DNA of 64,000 bases from Squalus acanthias (taxonomy: Eukaryota), in NCBI GenBank assembly GCA_030390025.1, contig CM059432.1:105588001-105652000 (forward strand), read 5' to 3'. The notes under the pieces were generated by a model. That model was given only the letters and a program-made list of their open reading frames with translations. It was not told where the DNA came from and did no database searches. Each line of letters begins with the position of its first letter. The first letter of the stretch is position 1. The translations under genes were made by a program, and so were the position numbers. Of the stretch, positions 13,130-25,630 are shown piece after piece.

Positions 13130-13675
13130 CCCAGCACTAAGGAAATTCACCCCTCCACGCCCACTCAGACCTCACCGTCCTCGGCCTCGTGCATTGTTCC
13201 ACGGAAGCGCAGCGTAAGCTTGAGCAACAGCACCTCATCTTTCGTTTAGGCACTTTACAGCCTTCCGGACTCAATATCGAGTTCAACAATTTCAGATCAT
13301 AACCCCGGCCCCTACCACATATGTATACATTTTATCCACTCTTTTGGTCTGTGCCTTTTTCCTTTTTTTTTCTCTCTCTCCCCCCACGGCAGCTGTCTCT
13401 CATTCTGCCAGCATTTCACACCTCCCCTTTTGTTTCTTAACCTGTCCCATTACCATCTCGTCTTGCCTTGAGCATCTCTTAATGTCTCTACTTACCATAG
13501 ACCCCCCCTTTTGTTCTTTTATTCCTCCCCGCAGCCTCCCCCTTGCATTTTTATCTGTTTAATTTCCTGCTCTTTCAGTTCCGACGAAGGGTTTCGACCT
13601 GAAACGTTAACTCTGTTTCTCTCTCCACGGATGTTGCCTGGCCTGCTGAGTTTTTCCAGCGTTTTCTGTTGTTAC
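13130..13675 (+). mobile_element. Penelope-like element 3' fragment
   Basis: KLEQQHLIFRLGTLQPSGLNIEF end and tail homologous to 25090-25630. Confidence 0.75.
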
Positions 13676-14196
13676 TAAGGAAATTCTGTTTTGCTCAAGC
13701 TTTCCATGTCACCTCCCTGTCCACTTCATCAGCCTAAATTTAATTTAAATCCCACAAATTTTCAACATTTTGAGTAATTTCTGCTTTTCTTTTGAACTGA
13801 TAATCTATTTCCTCCCCACAGTGGAACCACATGGAATGTTAGCTGCAATCTTCCCTTTAGTTGGCACTTACCAGTCAGTAAAATAAAGCGATGCTTTGTA
13901 ATGCCTCTTAAATTAAATTTAGGCACACCAGGAAGGAACAGAAATTGCGTAATATTGAGGATTAAATCAACAAAATGTCACCACCACAGGAGCCATTGGA
14001 TTGACAGCATGGAATAAACAATGATGGAAAGCAAAATGTATCGTACAAGAAAGGAAAAAAAAAGAATCCTATGAAAAAACACAGAGAACCACCAGAAAGA
14101 GCAAAATAACAAAGGAAACAGGTGACTCAAAGAAAGGAAATACAACGTGAGGGTGAGAAGGGTGATCAATTGCAGATCTGCCTTGTTTTAAAACAT

Positions 14197-14936
14197 GGGG
14201 GCGAAATTCTCCTCCTTTGCACCCGCTGTTAGCGCCTCTGGGGGGCGCTAACGGGGCGCAAAGGGGTTATTGCCCATGGGGGGCGATAATAGCGCCAGCT
14301 GAGAAATTCGGCGGGGCGCTGCTGAGGCGCTAGCCAATAGGCGATGACGTCATTGCCGATCGACGTGATCCACTAGCACCCCGCCACGGCCCCTTAGCGC
14401 CCCGCGGCAGAAATTCAGCTGCGCCCCGCGAGGCTGTCACGGGCGATGTCAGCGACAGCCTCGCGGGTCGTGAGCCAGGCCAATCTCCGCTCGCAGGTCA
14501 GTATTTAAAAGGGAGGTCCGGTGTGCCCCGCGCCACCATTTTCTGACGTTGGCCGACCTCCAGGTCAGCCCCTTGTGGCGGCCCTTGGTGTGATTCGTGG
14601 CCGCCATCACGCAGCCCGGCACCAAGTCTCGGTGCTGGGCTGCAGCCATGGCACCACGCCGCCCTGGTGGGCTAACGTGGGCCATCGGAAACCCTGCAAA
14701 GCTTGCAGTGTCCCTCCCCTTTAACGGAAGGGGAGGGACGGTGGAATGCCTCAGCGCTAACGTGCTTTGCGCCACAGACACCACCCCGAAAGGAAGTGGA
14801 GCGCCTGAGATAGCGCTCTGCTTCCTCGCCGGGGTGGTAAGCCCAATTTAGCGACTGGAGCGGTACTCCCGGGCGCTAAATGCCTGGCGCTAATTTAGTT
14901 ACCGCCCCCAACAAGGCATAACGGAATTTCGGCCCC
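14197..14936. mobile_element. GC-rich MITE (Harbinger-like non-autonomous)
   Basis: TIRs GGGGGCGAAATTC / GAATTTCGGCCCC; subterminal tagcgcc repeats shared with 38986 and 41420. Confidence 0.7.
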
Positions 14937-15932
14937 AAGGGATTCCATGGGATAAATTTTGCAAGGCTTCACTACCAGTGCAGACCCTCACTTGATGGAT
15001 GGATGCAGATGATAAAATCAGATATAGAGATCAAGAGGCCCAATTTACAATGTTTCTGATTTTCCCATCATTTTCTATGAATCAAGCATACCAGTTGTCG
15101 GACCCCGATTGCAATTTTAAGGTGCAAATGGGTTGAGCATGCAGCCATGCAGCTAGCAATATCCAACCCAGCCAGGAAAATGGTAGGTCCGCAGGGGCAG
15201 GTGGGGGCGTAGCCTACATCATTCCTGTGGAGCAGTCTTGCGCCCCCTGTCCCATGAAAATAATTTTAACGTTTAGCTTTTCGGGTATTTGCTGCTCTTC
15301 CACCTGGTTTTAATTAAAAGAAGATCCAGGACAGATGCTTCCTGCTCAGTAGGCCATTAAAATGCCTTCACAGTCCTACGTATGTCATAGGGCCCTGATT
15401 TGCATGAATTAATGAGGCTCCCATCTGCTTCAGGCGGGAGTCCTCAGCCACCCATGAAAACACTGAAGGGAATATGGTGTCGGATGCCAAGTGAAGTGCT
15501 AAGGCCACTGCAACGATGTTAACGCCCGCTCCCACCCGGTTTCCGACAGTCAGAGGGAGTTAAAATCAGCACTAGATACTCCAATCACAGAGAGTAAGTT
15601 AATGGGTTAAATGATCAAAACCTGCTTAGAGGAAAGCAGGAAACTGTTAAATGATATGAACGATCTTAGTGAGGGAATGAAAACCATTAAAACGGAACGT
15701 GCAAAGAGGTAAAATGGTGGGAGGCACACAAAGGTCATGCTTGTCCAACCTTATTGAATTCTTTGGCAAATTAACAGAAAGGGCAGATAAGGGTAATGTA
15801 GTGACATGATATATTTGGATTTTCAGAAGACCTTCGATAGGGTACCGCATAGTAGCTTCATTGCTACAGTCAGATCATGTGGAATCAGGGGACAAGTAGC
15901 AGAATGGATAGCAAGCTGGCTATAAAACAGAA

Positions 15933-17095
15933 CGGGATATGACGCTCGACTCATCGATCGACAGTTCCGACGGGCCACAGCGAAAAATCGCATAGACCTC
16001 CTCAGAAGGCAAACACGGGACACAACCAACAGGGTACCCTACGCCGTCCAGTACTTCCCCGGAGCGGAGAAACTACGCCATGTTCTTCGCAGCCTTCAAC
16101 ATGTCATCGATGACGACAAACACCTCGCTAAGGCCATCCCCACGCCTCCACTACTTGCCTTCAAACAGCCGCCTAACCTCAGAAGTACCATCGTTCGCAG
16201 CAAATTACCCAGCTTTCAGGATAACAGCGACCACGACACCACACAACCCTGCCACGGCAAACTCTGCAAGACATGCCAGATCATCAACACAGATACCACC
16301 ATCACACGTGAGGACACTAACCACCAGGTACATGGTACATACTCATGTGACTCGGCCAACGTTGTCTACCTCATACGTTGCAGGAAAGAATGCACCGCGG
16401 CATGGTACATCGGCGAGACCATGCAGACACTGAGACAACGTATGAACGAGCACCGCGCAACAATCGCCAGGCAGGATTGTTACCTCCCAGTCGGGGAACA
16501 CTTCAGCAATCAAGGACATTCAGCCTCGGATCTGCGGGTAAGCGTTCTCCAAGGCAACCTTAGAAACACACGACAACGCAAAATCATCGAGCAGAAACTG
16601 ATAGCCAAGTTCCGCACTCATGAAGACGGTCTCAACCGGGATCTTGGGTTTATGTCACGATACATGACGTGATCCGGACTCGAGTCGTCGTTGGCTTGTT
16701 CACAGATGTGATTCCCAGTAAAAAAGTAAAAATTTTCCCAGTAAAAAAGTAAAAATTTTAAAGCTTTTCGTTTTACATACAGATGGCAGCTTTTGACACG
16801 TTAGAACCCCTGCGACTACACCTCATTGTCTCAGTTGTATCTTGCTATGTCTTTGATGTGGTACCTTCCTGGCTGACCTGATTAACTTTATCACACCTAG
16901 GCAGATAGTCAGGATGATTTAATTTAGTGGTCTGCAATTGTAAGGTACACATGCTTTGTTCTCTATCTATATATGCTTTGGCGATTCTGTATCTATTTAC
17001 TTCACCTGAGGAAGGGGCAATCGATAGCTCCGAAAGCTTGTGATTTCAAATAAAACTGTTGGACTATAACCTGGTGTTGTGCGACCTCTCAATTT
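15933..17095 (+). mobile_element. Penelope-like element (GIY-YIG part), 12-bp TSD
   Basis: NVVYLIRCRKEC..WYIGETMQTLRQRMNEHR GIY-YIG endonuclease; TSD tataaaacagaa at 15921-15932 and 17096-17107. Confidence 0.88.
17002..17043 (+). ncRNA. Minimal hammerhead ribozyme motif in Penelope 3' end
   Basis: tcac-CTGAGGA-a-ggggc(aatcgata)gctcc-GAAA-gctt-gtga: conserved core boxes, stem II, palindromic stem III and closing tcac/gtga stem. Confidence 0.65.
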
Positions 17096-18179
17096 TATAA
17101 AACAGAAGACAGAGAGTAGGGGTTAAAGGTAATTACTCAGACTGGCAAAAGGTGTTCCATAAGGATTGATGCTGGGACAACGGTTGTTCACCATTTACAT
17201 AAATGATTTGTACTCGGGAATCAGAAGTACAATTTCAAAATTTGCAGATGAAACCCATATTGGAGGGTACAGTTAATACAGAGGAAGACATTAATAAACT
17301 TGCAGAATGGGCGTGTAATTGACAAATGAACTTCAATATAGATAAGTGTAAGGTACTACATTTTGGTAAGAAGAATAACGAGGTCACACACCTTGTTGGG
17401 AAATAAGTGTCTAACTGGTTGCAGGAGCAGAGGGATGATGGAGGCACACAAATAACTAATGGTAGCAACGCAGGTTAATAAGGCCATGAAAAAAGCAAAA
17501 GAAAGCATTAGGGTTCATTTCTAGAAGGATAGAATTGAAAAGCAGAGAAGTTATGTTAAACTTGTATAGAACCTTGGTTAGACCACACATGGAGTACAAT
17601 GAACAGTTTTAGTCTCCATATTATAAAAAGGATATAGAGGCACTGGCGAAGGTGCAAAAAAAGATTTACAAGAATGATACCAGAACTGAGAGGTTATACC
17701 TATCAGGAAAGATTGAAAAGGCTGGGGTTCTTTTCTCTAGAAAAGAGAAGACTGAGGGGTGACCTGATAGAGGTCTTTTAGATTATGAATGGGTATGATA
17801 GGGTAGACTTAAAGAAGAAGATGTTTCCACTTGCAGGTGATACCAGAACTAGGGGCCATAAATATAAGATAGTCACTAATAAATCCAATAGGGAATTCAG
17901 GAGAAGCTTCTTTACCCAGAGAGTGCTTAGAATGTGGAACTCGCTAACACAAGGAGTAGTTGAAGCGACCAGAATAGTTGCATTTAAGGGGAAGCTAGAT
18001 AAGCACATGAGGGAGAAAGGAATAGAAGGATATGTTGATGAGGTTAGATGAAGAAGGGTGGGAGAAGGCTCGTGTGGAGCATAAACACCAGTATGCAGCT
18101 GTTGGCTGAGTGGCCTGTTTCTGTGCTGTAAATACTGTGTAATATTATGTAAAAGAGAAGATGGGGGAAATTGAAAAAA

Positions 18180-18935
18180 AAATCAACCTGCAAATGCAGG
18201 TCGAAAATTAAACTGAACTGCTGGAAATGGGGAATATAGATAAAGTCTGAAGTTACAAGTCAGTGTTCAGGCCACAGACTTGCACAGTGCCCAAGAGAAA
18301 TATGAAATGCTGTCCTTGAGCTTGTTTGACCTTGTTAGGAATAGTGTAGGAGGCCAACGACGGATAGATCAGAATGGAAGTAGGACGGGCATTTTAAGTG
18401 GTGAGCCACAGGAAGTTCTGGGTCCCGCTTGCGATCAGAACGGAGGTTTTTGGCAAAGCAATCACCTAATCTTGGTTTGATCTTCCCAATGTGGAGGAGA
18501 GGACACAGTTTACAATGAATACAGTATAGTAAATACATGTAAATTACTGCCTAATATGAGAGGAGTGTTTGGTGTCCTGGACAGTGGTTTGGCAGGAGAT
18601 GGATGGGCAGATGTTACACCTGCTGCAGTTGCACATGAAAGTGCCAGGACAAGGGAAATAAGGTTGGTGGAAACATGAACAAGGGTATCTTGGAGCGAGC
18701 AGTCCCTTTGGAAAGCAGAAAGCAAAGGGAAGAGAAGATATGCTTGGTGGTGCGATTTTGTTGTAGATGGTGGAAATGCCGGAGGATGAGCAGGCAAATG
18801 TGGAGTCTGTTGGGATGGAAAGTAGGGATAAGCTGGTCTCTATCATTGTGAGGAGAGAATGAGGGGTGAGAGCAGAGGCAAAGGAAATTAGACTGGCGGA
18901 GTCAGAAGTCCTGTTGACCACTGTTGAGGGGGTAA
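18180..18935 (-). mobile_element. Degenerate Penelope-like fragment
   Basis: SLQDTLVH, GTFMCNCSRCNICP and LLYCIHC..CPLLHIG..K.RLGDCFA motifs, homologous to 24560-25200. Confidence 0.75.
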
Positions 18936-19636
18936 TTATTGCATTAATTAATGGGATAAATTACATAATGTAGTTGTCGTTTAATTTTTCGTATGTCAGT
19001 TCAATGGGTACAATCCATCTCTAGATTCTTTTTCTGATGGCCTTTGTAATTTCCACTCTGTCTATGCTGAACAAAATGAGAGAGGATAAGGGCTCACTGA
19101 CATGACATACAAACAGAACATATACAAATCATGTTTTTTGGCCAGACTTACAGTAATAAAGATTGATTGGAACACTGGAAAACACTGGAAAAAGTCAAGG
19201 ATGAGGAAAGGCACATCGAACCTCATCCCTCTAATAATCAGACGCACCCAACCTAGCATTCAACTGCATTCTGAATGCCCTTATCTCCTTAGTGTCTTTT
19301 TGACTCTACTACCTTTCCTGATAGATTATTACAATTCTTTACTACCCTTTGAGTAATGACATTTTTACCAATATCTATTTCAAATTTACTTTGATAGCAT
19401 AATGCACATCTGACAGCAGATTCAGTGTTTTTTTTATCATTAATGCTTTTGTTCTGTTTTCCAGTTTCCTACACATTCATAAATATAATAACTGAAAATA
19501 TTTAACGACAATTTTACGTAAAACATGACTGATAAACTATGTTACAACAGCAATGGGAATAAATATTCATTCATTTTGCCACACGATCCTATTAAAGGAA
19601 ATGTTGTTTAACAGAAATAGTCTGTACAGTACTTAC

Positions 19637-19666
19637 CATGTAGGTGCAGAGGGACATTTGAATCAT
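19637..19666 (-). CDS. TNFRSF11B: Predicted TNFRSF11B coding exon 1 (MIQMSLCTYM)
   Basis: gaaATG start, 10 codons, then a phase-0 donor ATG|gtaagt. Human OPG exon 1 also codes 10 residues at phase 0. Joins exon 2 to give a plausible signal peptide, and a TATA box lies ~70 nt upstream. Confidence 0.7.
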
Positions 19667-19734
19667 TTCTGTGCATTGAGTGAACAGCTGAAAATAATTT
19701 CACTGAAATGGGAACTATTTTTGATAGCTTCTCT

Positions 19735-19743
19735 CTTTATATA
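19735..19743 (-). promoter_or_regulatory. TATA box of TNFRSF11B-like gene
   Basis: Minus-strand TATATAAAG ~70 nt upstream of the predicted ATG, in non-repetitive AT-rich sequence. Confidence 0.55.
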
Positions 19744-20575
19744 GTTCTACAAGTTGAATTAATGCCAATCTTTTTGATGAAAAAAAATCGGATGTTGTCA
19801 ATTAACCTTAATTTTACCACTCTGTTTGCTTTAAAGTTTAGGGCTTAGGTTACAGGATGACACAACACTGATTTAATGTTGCACTCGACTCAAGCTTATA
19901 AAAAGAGGCAGATGAGAAATTTGAACAAAAATGATTATACCACCAATGCCAATACTTCAGAATGTAAGATTTGGGATTTGAACCCTGAATCTACATAGCA
20001 AATACAGCTCAAGAGATGATTTTTTAAAATTCCTAAATATAAATTAATTAATTTTGTTTTTATTTAGAATTTGTTTTAATTGGAACTCTATTTGTCATCC
20101 AAGTTTGTAGCTCGTGAGTAATAAATGAGTTTCAATCTATTTTAAATGAGCAAGGAAGCATTAAACCATATTTGAGACATTGGTGGAATATTTAGGCAGT
20201 AGTGGGATGGGGTCCATTCATTCAGATTATCGGGTGGTCCTCGATTACGCCGGCCAGGCTCCTGCCAGAAACAGGGATGGTGGTGGGGGTTTAATAACTA
20301 ACTGCAAAAAGGGGTTAAACAATGACAGGACCCAAAGTCAGCTTCATCTCAACCTGTTCAGCCACTGCTACCTCCTCAACCCGTTACCAGTCAGAAAGTA
20401 GCCATTTCCAGCATTGTTTAAAGAGATCCTCAGCTGCTCTCAGTTAAGACACTGCAAAAGTTGGGAGACATTTTCCTGGGATTACACAGTCGCTTTTGGC
20501 TATTTAGATGATTTTAAAGTTCTTGTACAACCATCGGAATTCTGAAGGGGCTTCTGGTCATGCACATTTTTCCAA

Positions 20576-21925
20576 ATGGGGATTCTTTTGGCAATTCCAC
20601 TCTTGTTGGAGGAAGAGGAGCAGCAGCAGGAGGAGGAAGGAGCAAACAGAGCTGCAGCTGCCTGGTGTTCAGATAGAAGGAGACATACTCGCTGCGAACT
20701 TTACCCTCCCAACAGCGTTTATAGACCAAGGTTAACGTATCTGCACTTATCTGAGGAGGCTACACTTCTCTAGAGAAATTGTCACAGACAATTGTGTTGC
20801 TTCCTGCAACAAGACCTCTAACCACTGCACTGCCTGTTGTAGTCAAGGTCACTGTAGCCCTGAATTTCTTTAGCCCAGATATTTATTCGGAGCCGGGAAG
20901 AGAGCGGTGGGGGTGGACTTTTGGATTGGAAACCCGGAAGTAAGGGTTCCCCGCCAATGTTCCCTGTAAGCTGTGCTTTGTTCTGCTCAGCCTGTTTCTT
21001 TTAGTGTGCGGTCCCTTTAAATTTTGGCGCATGCGCGGTATTTACAATGGAGAAGCCGGTGAGCGATCTGCGTGAGACCTTTCCCATTACTGCGCGGCCG
21101 CACAGCTTAGAGGCAACATTGTTCCCCGCACACCCTGCCAAATTTAATGGCAGAACTTCTTTTAATTTTTTCAACAGGCTATTGGGCAGGAAGGCAGCCT
21201 GGGAGTGGATGTCAGGTAAGTCTGACATTGCGGGGCGGGGGGGGGGGTGCAGACATCGCGAGGGGTGAATTGGACATCGAGGGGGGGAGGGGTTGGGGTA
21301 AGCTTGTTGGGCCTGGGGGAAACACGCCTGCTCCTCTTGGCCCACAAGCAGTGCTGTAAATGCATTTACCTCATGGATCCGACCCTTCTCGCCTCCTTTT
21401 ACCTGTGGGGAATCCCAGCTTCTATGTGTTAAAAATAAAAATTGAGTAAAAATGGAGGCATGCATTGAGTCTCCTGAGAGTGGATTGGTCACCTGCCCCT
21501 GACCTACCTTCGTTAAAACTGAAAGTGTTCGGGCTGGAGTTGGGTTTGAGAATTTTAAAATTTTTACCTTCCCATCCGCCCTCCAACCAACCTGTCCTTA
21601 CGGTTAAAATCCCCTCCCCCGCCCTTTGCCTCTGGCTCCTTCCAAGCTGGCATAGGGAATATCAGTAATATCAGTCAATCTGCTGTTCATGTTTGCATTA
21701 AGCACGTGACTGAAGCCATATTTATGAAATAAAATCACTTTTATTGCTTTCCATATGGACAACCCGAAACAGCAGGATAAGACTCCAGTGTACGGACAGA
21801 TTGCAGGTTTCCCTTAAAGTTCAGGCTCTCACTAACTGTATCAACTCACCCAGCTGACGAGCCCACTGCTTTCATCAATCACAAGGGCTTCCACTCCATT
21901 AATGTTCAACTGGTTTGTGATCATG
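20576..21925 (+). pseudogene. Decayed Harbinger transposase remnants with an inserted MITE-like segment (~20872-21620)
   Basis: YPPNSVYRPRLTYLHLSEE and ALPVVVKVTVALNFF (to ~20870); [17 protein letters not shown] (~21875-21925). Confidence 0.6.
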
Positions 21926-22127
21926 CTGTCAGACCAAGGTAAGGAACAAGGGTAACATAACGATCAGAGAACAAATACAGTTATAAAACAGAAGTATAAA
22001 AAGACTGTTAAAAATAAAGTAAAAGGAACAACTACTAAAGATGAATTAAACCGCCTGTACAGCAATCTACACAGCATCCAAAATAAAACGGGGGAACTGG
22101 AGGCAATAATCCGTAGCGAGGAACTAG

Positions 22128-23523
22128 GGGGGCGATTTTCTGACGTCGGAGGAGGTGGGTTTGGAGGTGGAAAGGCGGGAAAATCAGATTCAAAGAGGTC
22201 GGGTTCGGAACCCGCCTCCAACCTGCCTCCGTGGGATTTTGCCGGTGCCGGTTTTGGAGGTCAGGAAACACTCCCGCCTCCAGCTGGCCATTGCACTATT
22301 TAACATCGTTAAATGCTCGTTAAGGGCCTCTCTAAGCCTATTTTGAGAGGCCCTCGTGATTTTTCCAGCTGTTTGGTGTGATCCACGCACCTCCTAAACC
22401 ACTCGACTCGTGGGTGGCCTCCTCACTGCTGCAGGTCTAACAAGACAACGTTTATTGCAGCAAGGATTACTTGCAGATGCCAGACCTTGGCTTTAAAAGG
22501 TCTCTGAGCACTTTTAGAAGGCCTTCCAAAGTCGGAGGTGCTGTAGCTTGACTCCATCAACTGTGGGACCTACTTGGAGGACCCTCTCCCCGCTTGCAAT
22601 GAGCGTGTCCCCAAAGAAGGCATCAACAAGCAGCATGGGAACCATTCGTTTTCTTTCTGCATGGACCTCAGATGAGGATGAGGAGGAGGAGGAGGATCTG
22701 GAGGAGGAAGAGGAGGAGGAGGAGGTCAGAGCACCGGTGTATCGACCAGCGGCAGCAGCAGCACGCGAGCACATGGCTGCCTGGGATGCAAGGGATGAAC
22801 TTATCATGGCCAGATTTGCATAGGTTGCCCAAGTTGGCACATGTCCTTTGCTCCATCCTAGGATATCATTGACAATGGACATGACTCTCTGGCCTCCTTT
22901 CACTCAGGCCACCAACCTGACAACGCAAGTGTGGCGGTGCCCGCAATGTGGAGCTGCCTAAGGCGAAAGAACAGATGGCATAACACCAACATTTTGGCTT
23001 CAAATCGTTTTAATGCTTTCCAACAGGGATGGCATTTCATCAATACACAGAAACAGTCTCCCAATCTGCACACAGATCTGGAGGTTATATCCCTTGCCAG
23101 CTGTACCCACACAGCCTTGGTTTCTTTGGCAGGCCTCTTCCTCCGAGATGAGTGGAAGAGCACCTCCATGCTAGCTGTCACCCCCTCCAACAACATTTGC
23201 AGTGCCTCATCCGAGAGCCTCGGGTAGGCCCTTGCCTTGGAATTGGACATAGTGGTTTCTCAAAAGATGTTGGAGGTGGTGCAGGAGACGCAGAAATGCT
23301 GTGGAATAAGCCAAGGGAGCAAGAAGCCATAAAATCAGACTGGAAAAGTGCTGTCAACAGAGGCGAGTTTCAGTCCCAAAACACTAATTGAGCAAGGGCA
23401 TCCCACACCTCTGAAATCAAGTGGACAATCATGGGAAAATCGCAAATTTTTGAAACCTATCAGTGGAGGCGAGTTTCAAACCCACCCAAACTGAAACCTG
23501 CCTCCAGTGGGAAAATCGCCCCC
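22128..23523. mobile_element. Non-autonomous Harbinger deletion derivative
   Basis: Perfect 13-bp TIR GGGGGCGATTTTC with TSD TAG; carries fused transposase N/C termini (+, 22635-22823) and a truncated Myb/SANT exon 1 (-, from 23250). Confidence 0.88.
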
Positions 23524-23584
23524 TAGATGTATTAAGAATAACTGAAACATGGCTACATAAAGAATAGGACTGGCAACTAAATAT

Positions 23585-23722
23585 TTTTTTTAATTATTCG
23601 TACATGGGATGTGGGCATCGGTGGCAAGACCAGCATTTATTGCCCATCCCTAATTGCCCTTGAGAAGGTGGTGGTGAGCCACCTTCTTGAACCGCTGCAG
23701 TCCGTGTGGTGAAGGTACTCCA
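23585..23722 (-). mobile_element. Non-LTR retrotransposon 3' tail (GLQRFKK.AHHHLLKGN family)
   Basis: Same tail at 27195-27525 (+), 42822-43080 (+) and 52437-52697 (-). Confidence 0.7.
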
Positions 23723-25630
23723 CATATCCCATGAAAAGGCAGGCATAGCTAGGACCCATGCGGGTTCCCATAGCAACACCGTTTCCACAGTAGAGGGGAA
23801 TCCTCGGTTGAGGAAAAAGGAAGACATGTCAGAAGCACTAGTATGGAAGCACTAGTCAGAGCAGATGCGGCAGAGACGGAGAAACCGTCTCCTTTTCACT
23901 ATGGACGTCCAATCCCTCTACACCTCCATCCCCCACCAGGATGACCTGAGGGCGCTCTGCTTCTTCCTTGAACAGAGGCCCAACCAGTCCCCATCCACCA
24001 CCACCACCCTCATCTGCCTGACTGAACTTGTTCTCACATTGAACAACTTCTCCTTTGACTCCACTCACTTCCTCCAAATTAAAGGTGTTGCTATGGGAAC
24101 CCGCATGGGTCCTAGCTATGTCTGCCTTTTCGTGGGATATGTGGAACATTCTTTGTTCCAGTCCTACTCAGGTCCCCTCCCTCACCTATTTTTCCGGTAC
24201 ATTGATGACTGTTTCCTGCTCTCGCCCTGAACTAGAAAATTTAATTCACTTTGCTTCTAATTTCCACCCTTCCCTCACCTTCACATGGTCCATCTCCGAC
24301 TCTTCCCTTCCCTTCCCTTCCTCGACTTCTCTGTCTCCATCTCTGGGGATAGGCTATTGACAAACATTCACTACAAACCCACTGACTCCCACAGCTACCT
24401 GGACTACACTTCCTCCCACCCCGCTTCCTGTAAGGACTCTATTCCATTCTCCTAGTTTCTCCGTCTCCGCCGCATCTGCTCTGACGATGCCACCTTCCAT
24501 ACTAGTGCTTCTGACATGTCTTCCTTTTTCCTCAACTGAGGATTCCCCTCTACTGTGGTTGACACGACCCTTGACCGTGTCCGTTCTATTTCCCGCACTT
24601 CTGCTCTCACCCCTTCCCCTCCCTCCCGGAACCACGATAGGGTTCCCCTGGTCCTCACCTTTCACCCCACCAGCCTCCACATTCAACAGATCATCCTCCG
24701 CCATTTCTGCCACCTCCAGCGGGATCCCACCACCAAACGCATCTTCCCCTCACCTCCCCTTTCAGCATTCCGAAGGGACCGCTCCCTCCGCGACACCCTG
24801 GTCCACTCCTCTATCACCCCCAACACCCCTTCCCCTGGCACCTTCCCATGCAAGCGCAGGAGATGCAACACATGCCCTTTAACCTCCTCCCTTCCCACTG
24901 TCCAGGGCCCCAAACACTCCTTCCAGGTGAAACAGCGATTTACTTGTACTTCTTGCAATTTAGTATACTGTATTCGCTGCTCACGATGCGGTCTCCTCTA
25001 CACTGGGGAGACCAAATGCAGATTGGGTGACCGCTTTGCGGAACACCTCCGTTCAGCCCGTAAGGGTGACCCCGAGCCTGTCACTTTAATTCTCCACTCC
25101 ACTCCCACTCAGACCTCACCGTCCTCGGCCTCTTACACTGTTCCAATGAAGCTCAACGTAAGCTCGAGGAACAGCATCTCATCTTTCGATTAGGCACTTT
25201 ACAGCCTTTTGGACTCAACATAGAGTTCAACAATTTCAGACCATAACCTCTGCCCCTATCTTTTTTCCCATTTTTTTTCTCTCTCACATGGCAGCTGTCT
25301 TTCATTCTGCCATTGCCATTTACACTTCATCTCGAGCCATCTTTTGTTTCTTAACTTGTCCCATTATCATCTCTTTTTGCCTTGCACCATCATTCCTTTT
25401 GTCTCTTAATGTCTCTTAATCTCTCCTGCCTTCCATCCTATCACAGACCTTCCCCTTTTGTTCTTTCCTCCCCTCCCCCCTTTCCCTGCCCCTACATTTG
25501 CTTAAAAACCTGTTCCATCTCCAACTTTTTCCAGTTCTGGCGAAGGGTCATCGACCTGAAACGTTAACTCTGTTTCTCTCTCCACAGATGCTGCTTGACC
25601 TGCTGAGTATTTCCAGCATTTTCTGTTTTT
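23720..25630 (+). mobile_element. Penelope-like element (RT C-half + GIY-YIG), degenerate
   Basis: FTMDVQSLYTSIPH, GVAMGTRMGPSY, FFRYIDD and LVYCIRCSRCGLLYTGETKCRLGDRFAEH motifs; hammerhead-like tail at ~25535-25570. Confidence 0.9.

Larger units (their letters stand above)
15570..18145 (+). mobile_element. Degenerate CR1 LINE interrupted by a Penelope insertion
   Basis: CR1 RT remnants (SCLSNLIEFF, FQKTFDRVPH; then KFADE, RPHMEY) on both sides of 15933-17095; CR1 3' UTR at ~18050-18145. Confidence 0.8.

Noticed and set aside
16713..16760. Short direct repeat cccagtaaaaaagtaaaaatttt x2
   Set aside because: Simple local duplication in a Penelope 3' UTR with no further structure.
19152..19259. 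Alternative TNFRSF11B exon 1 (…QSIFIT|gtaagt, phase 0)
   Set aside because: It has a valid donor but no promoter signal and an atypically long leader; 19637-19666 fits the OPG exon pattern better. Not strictly excluded.
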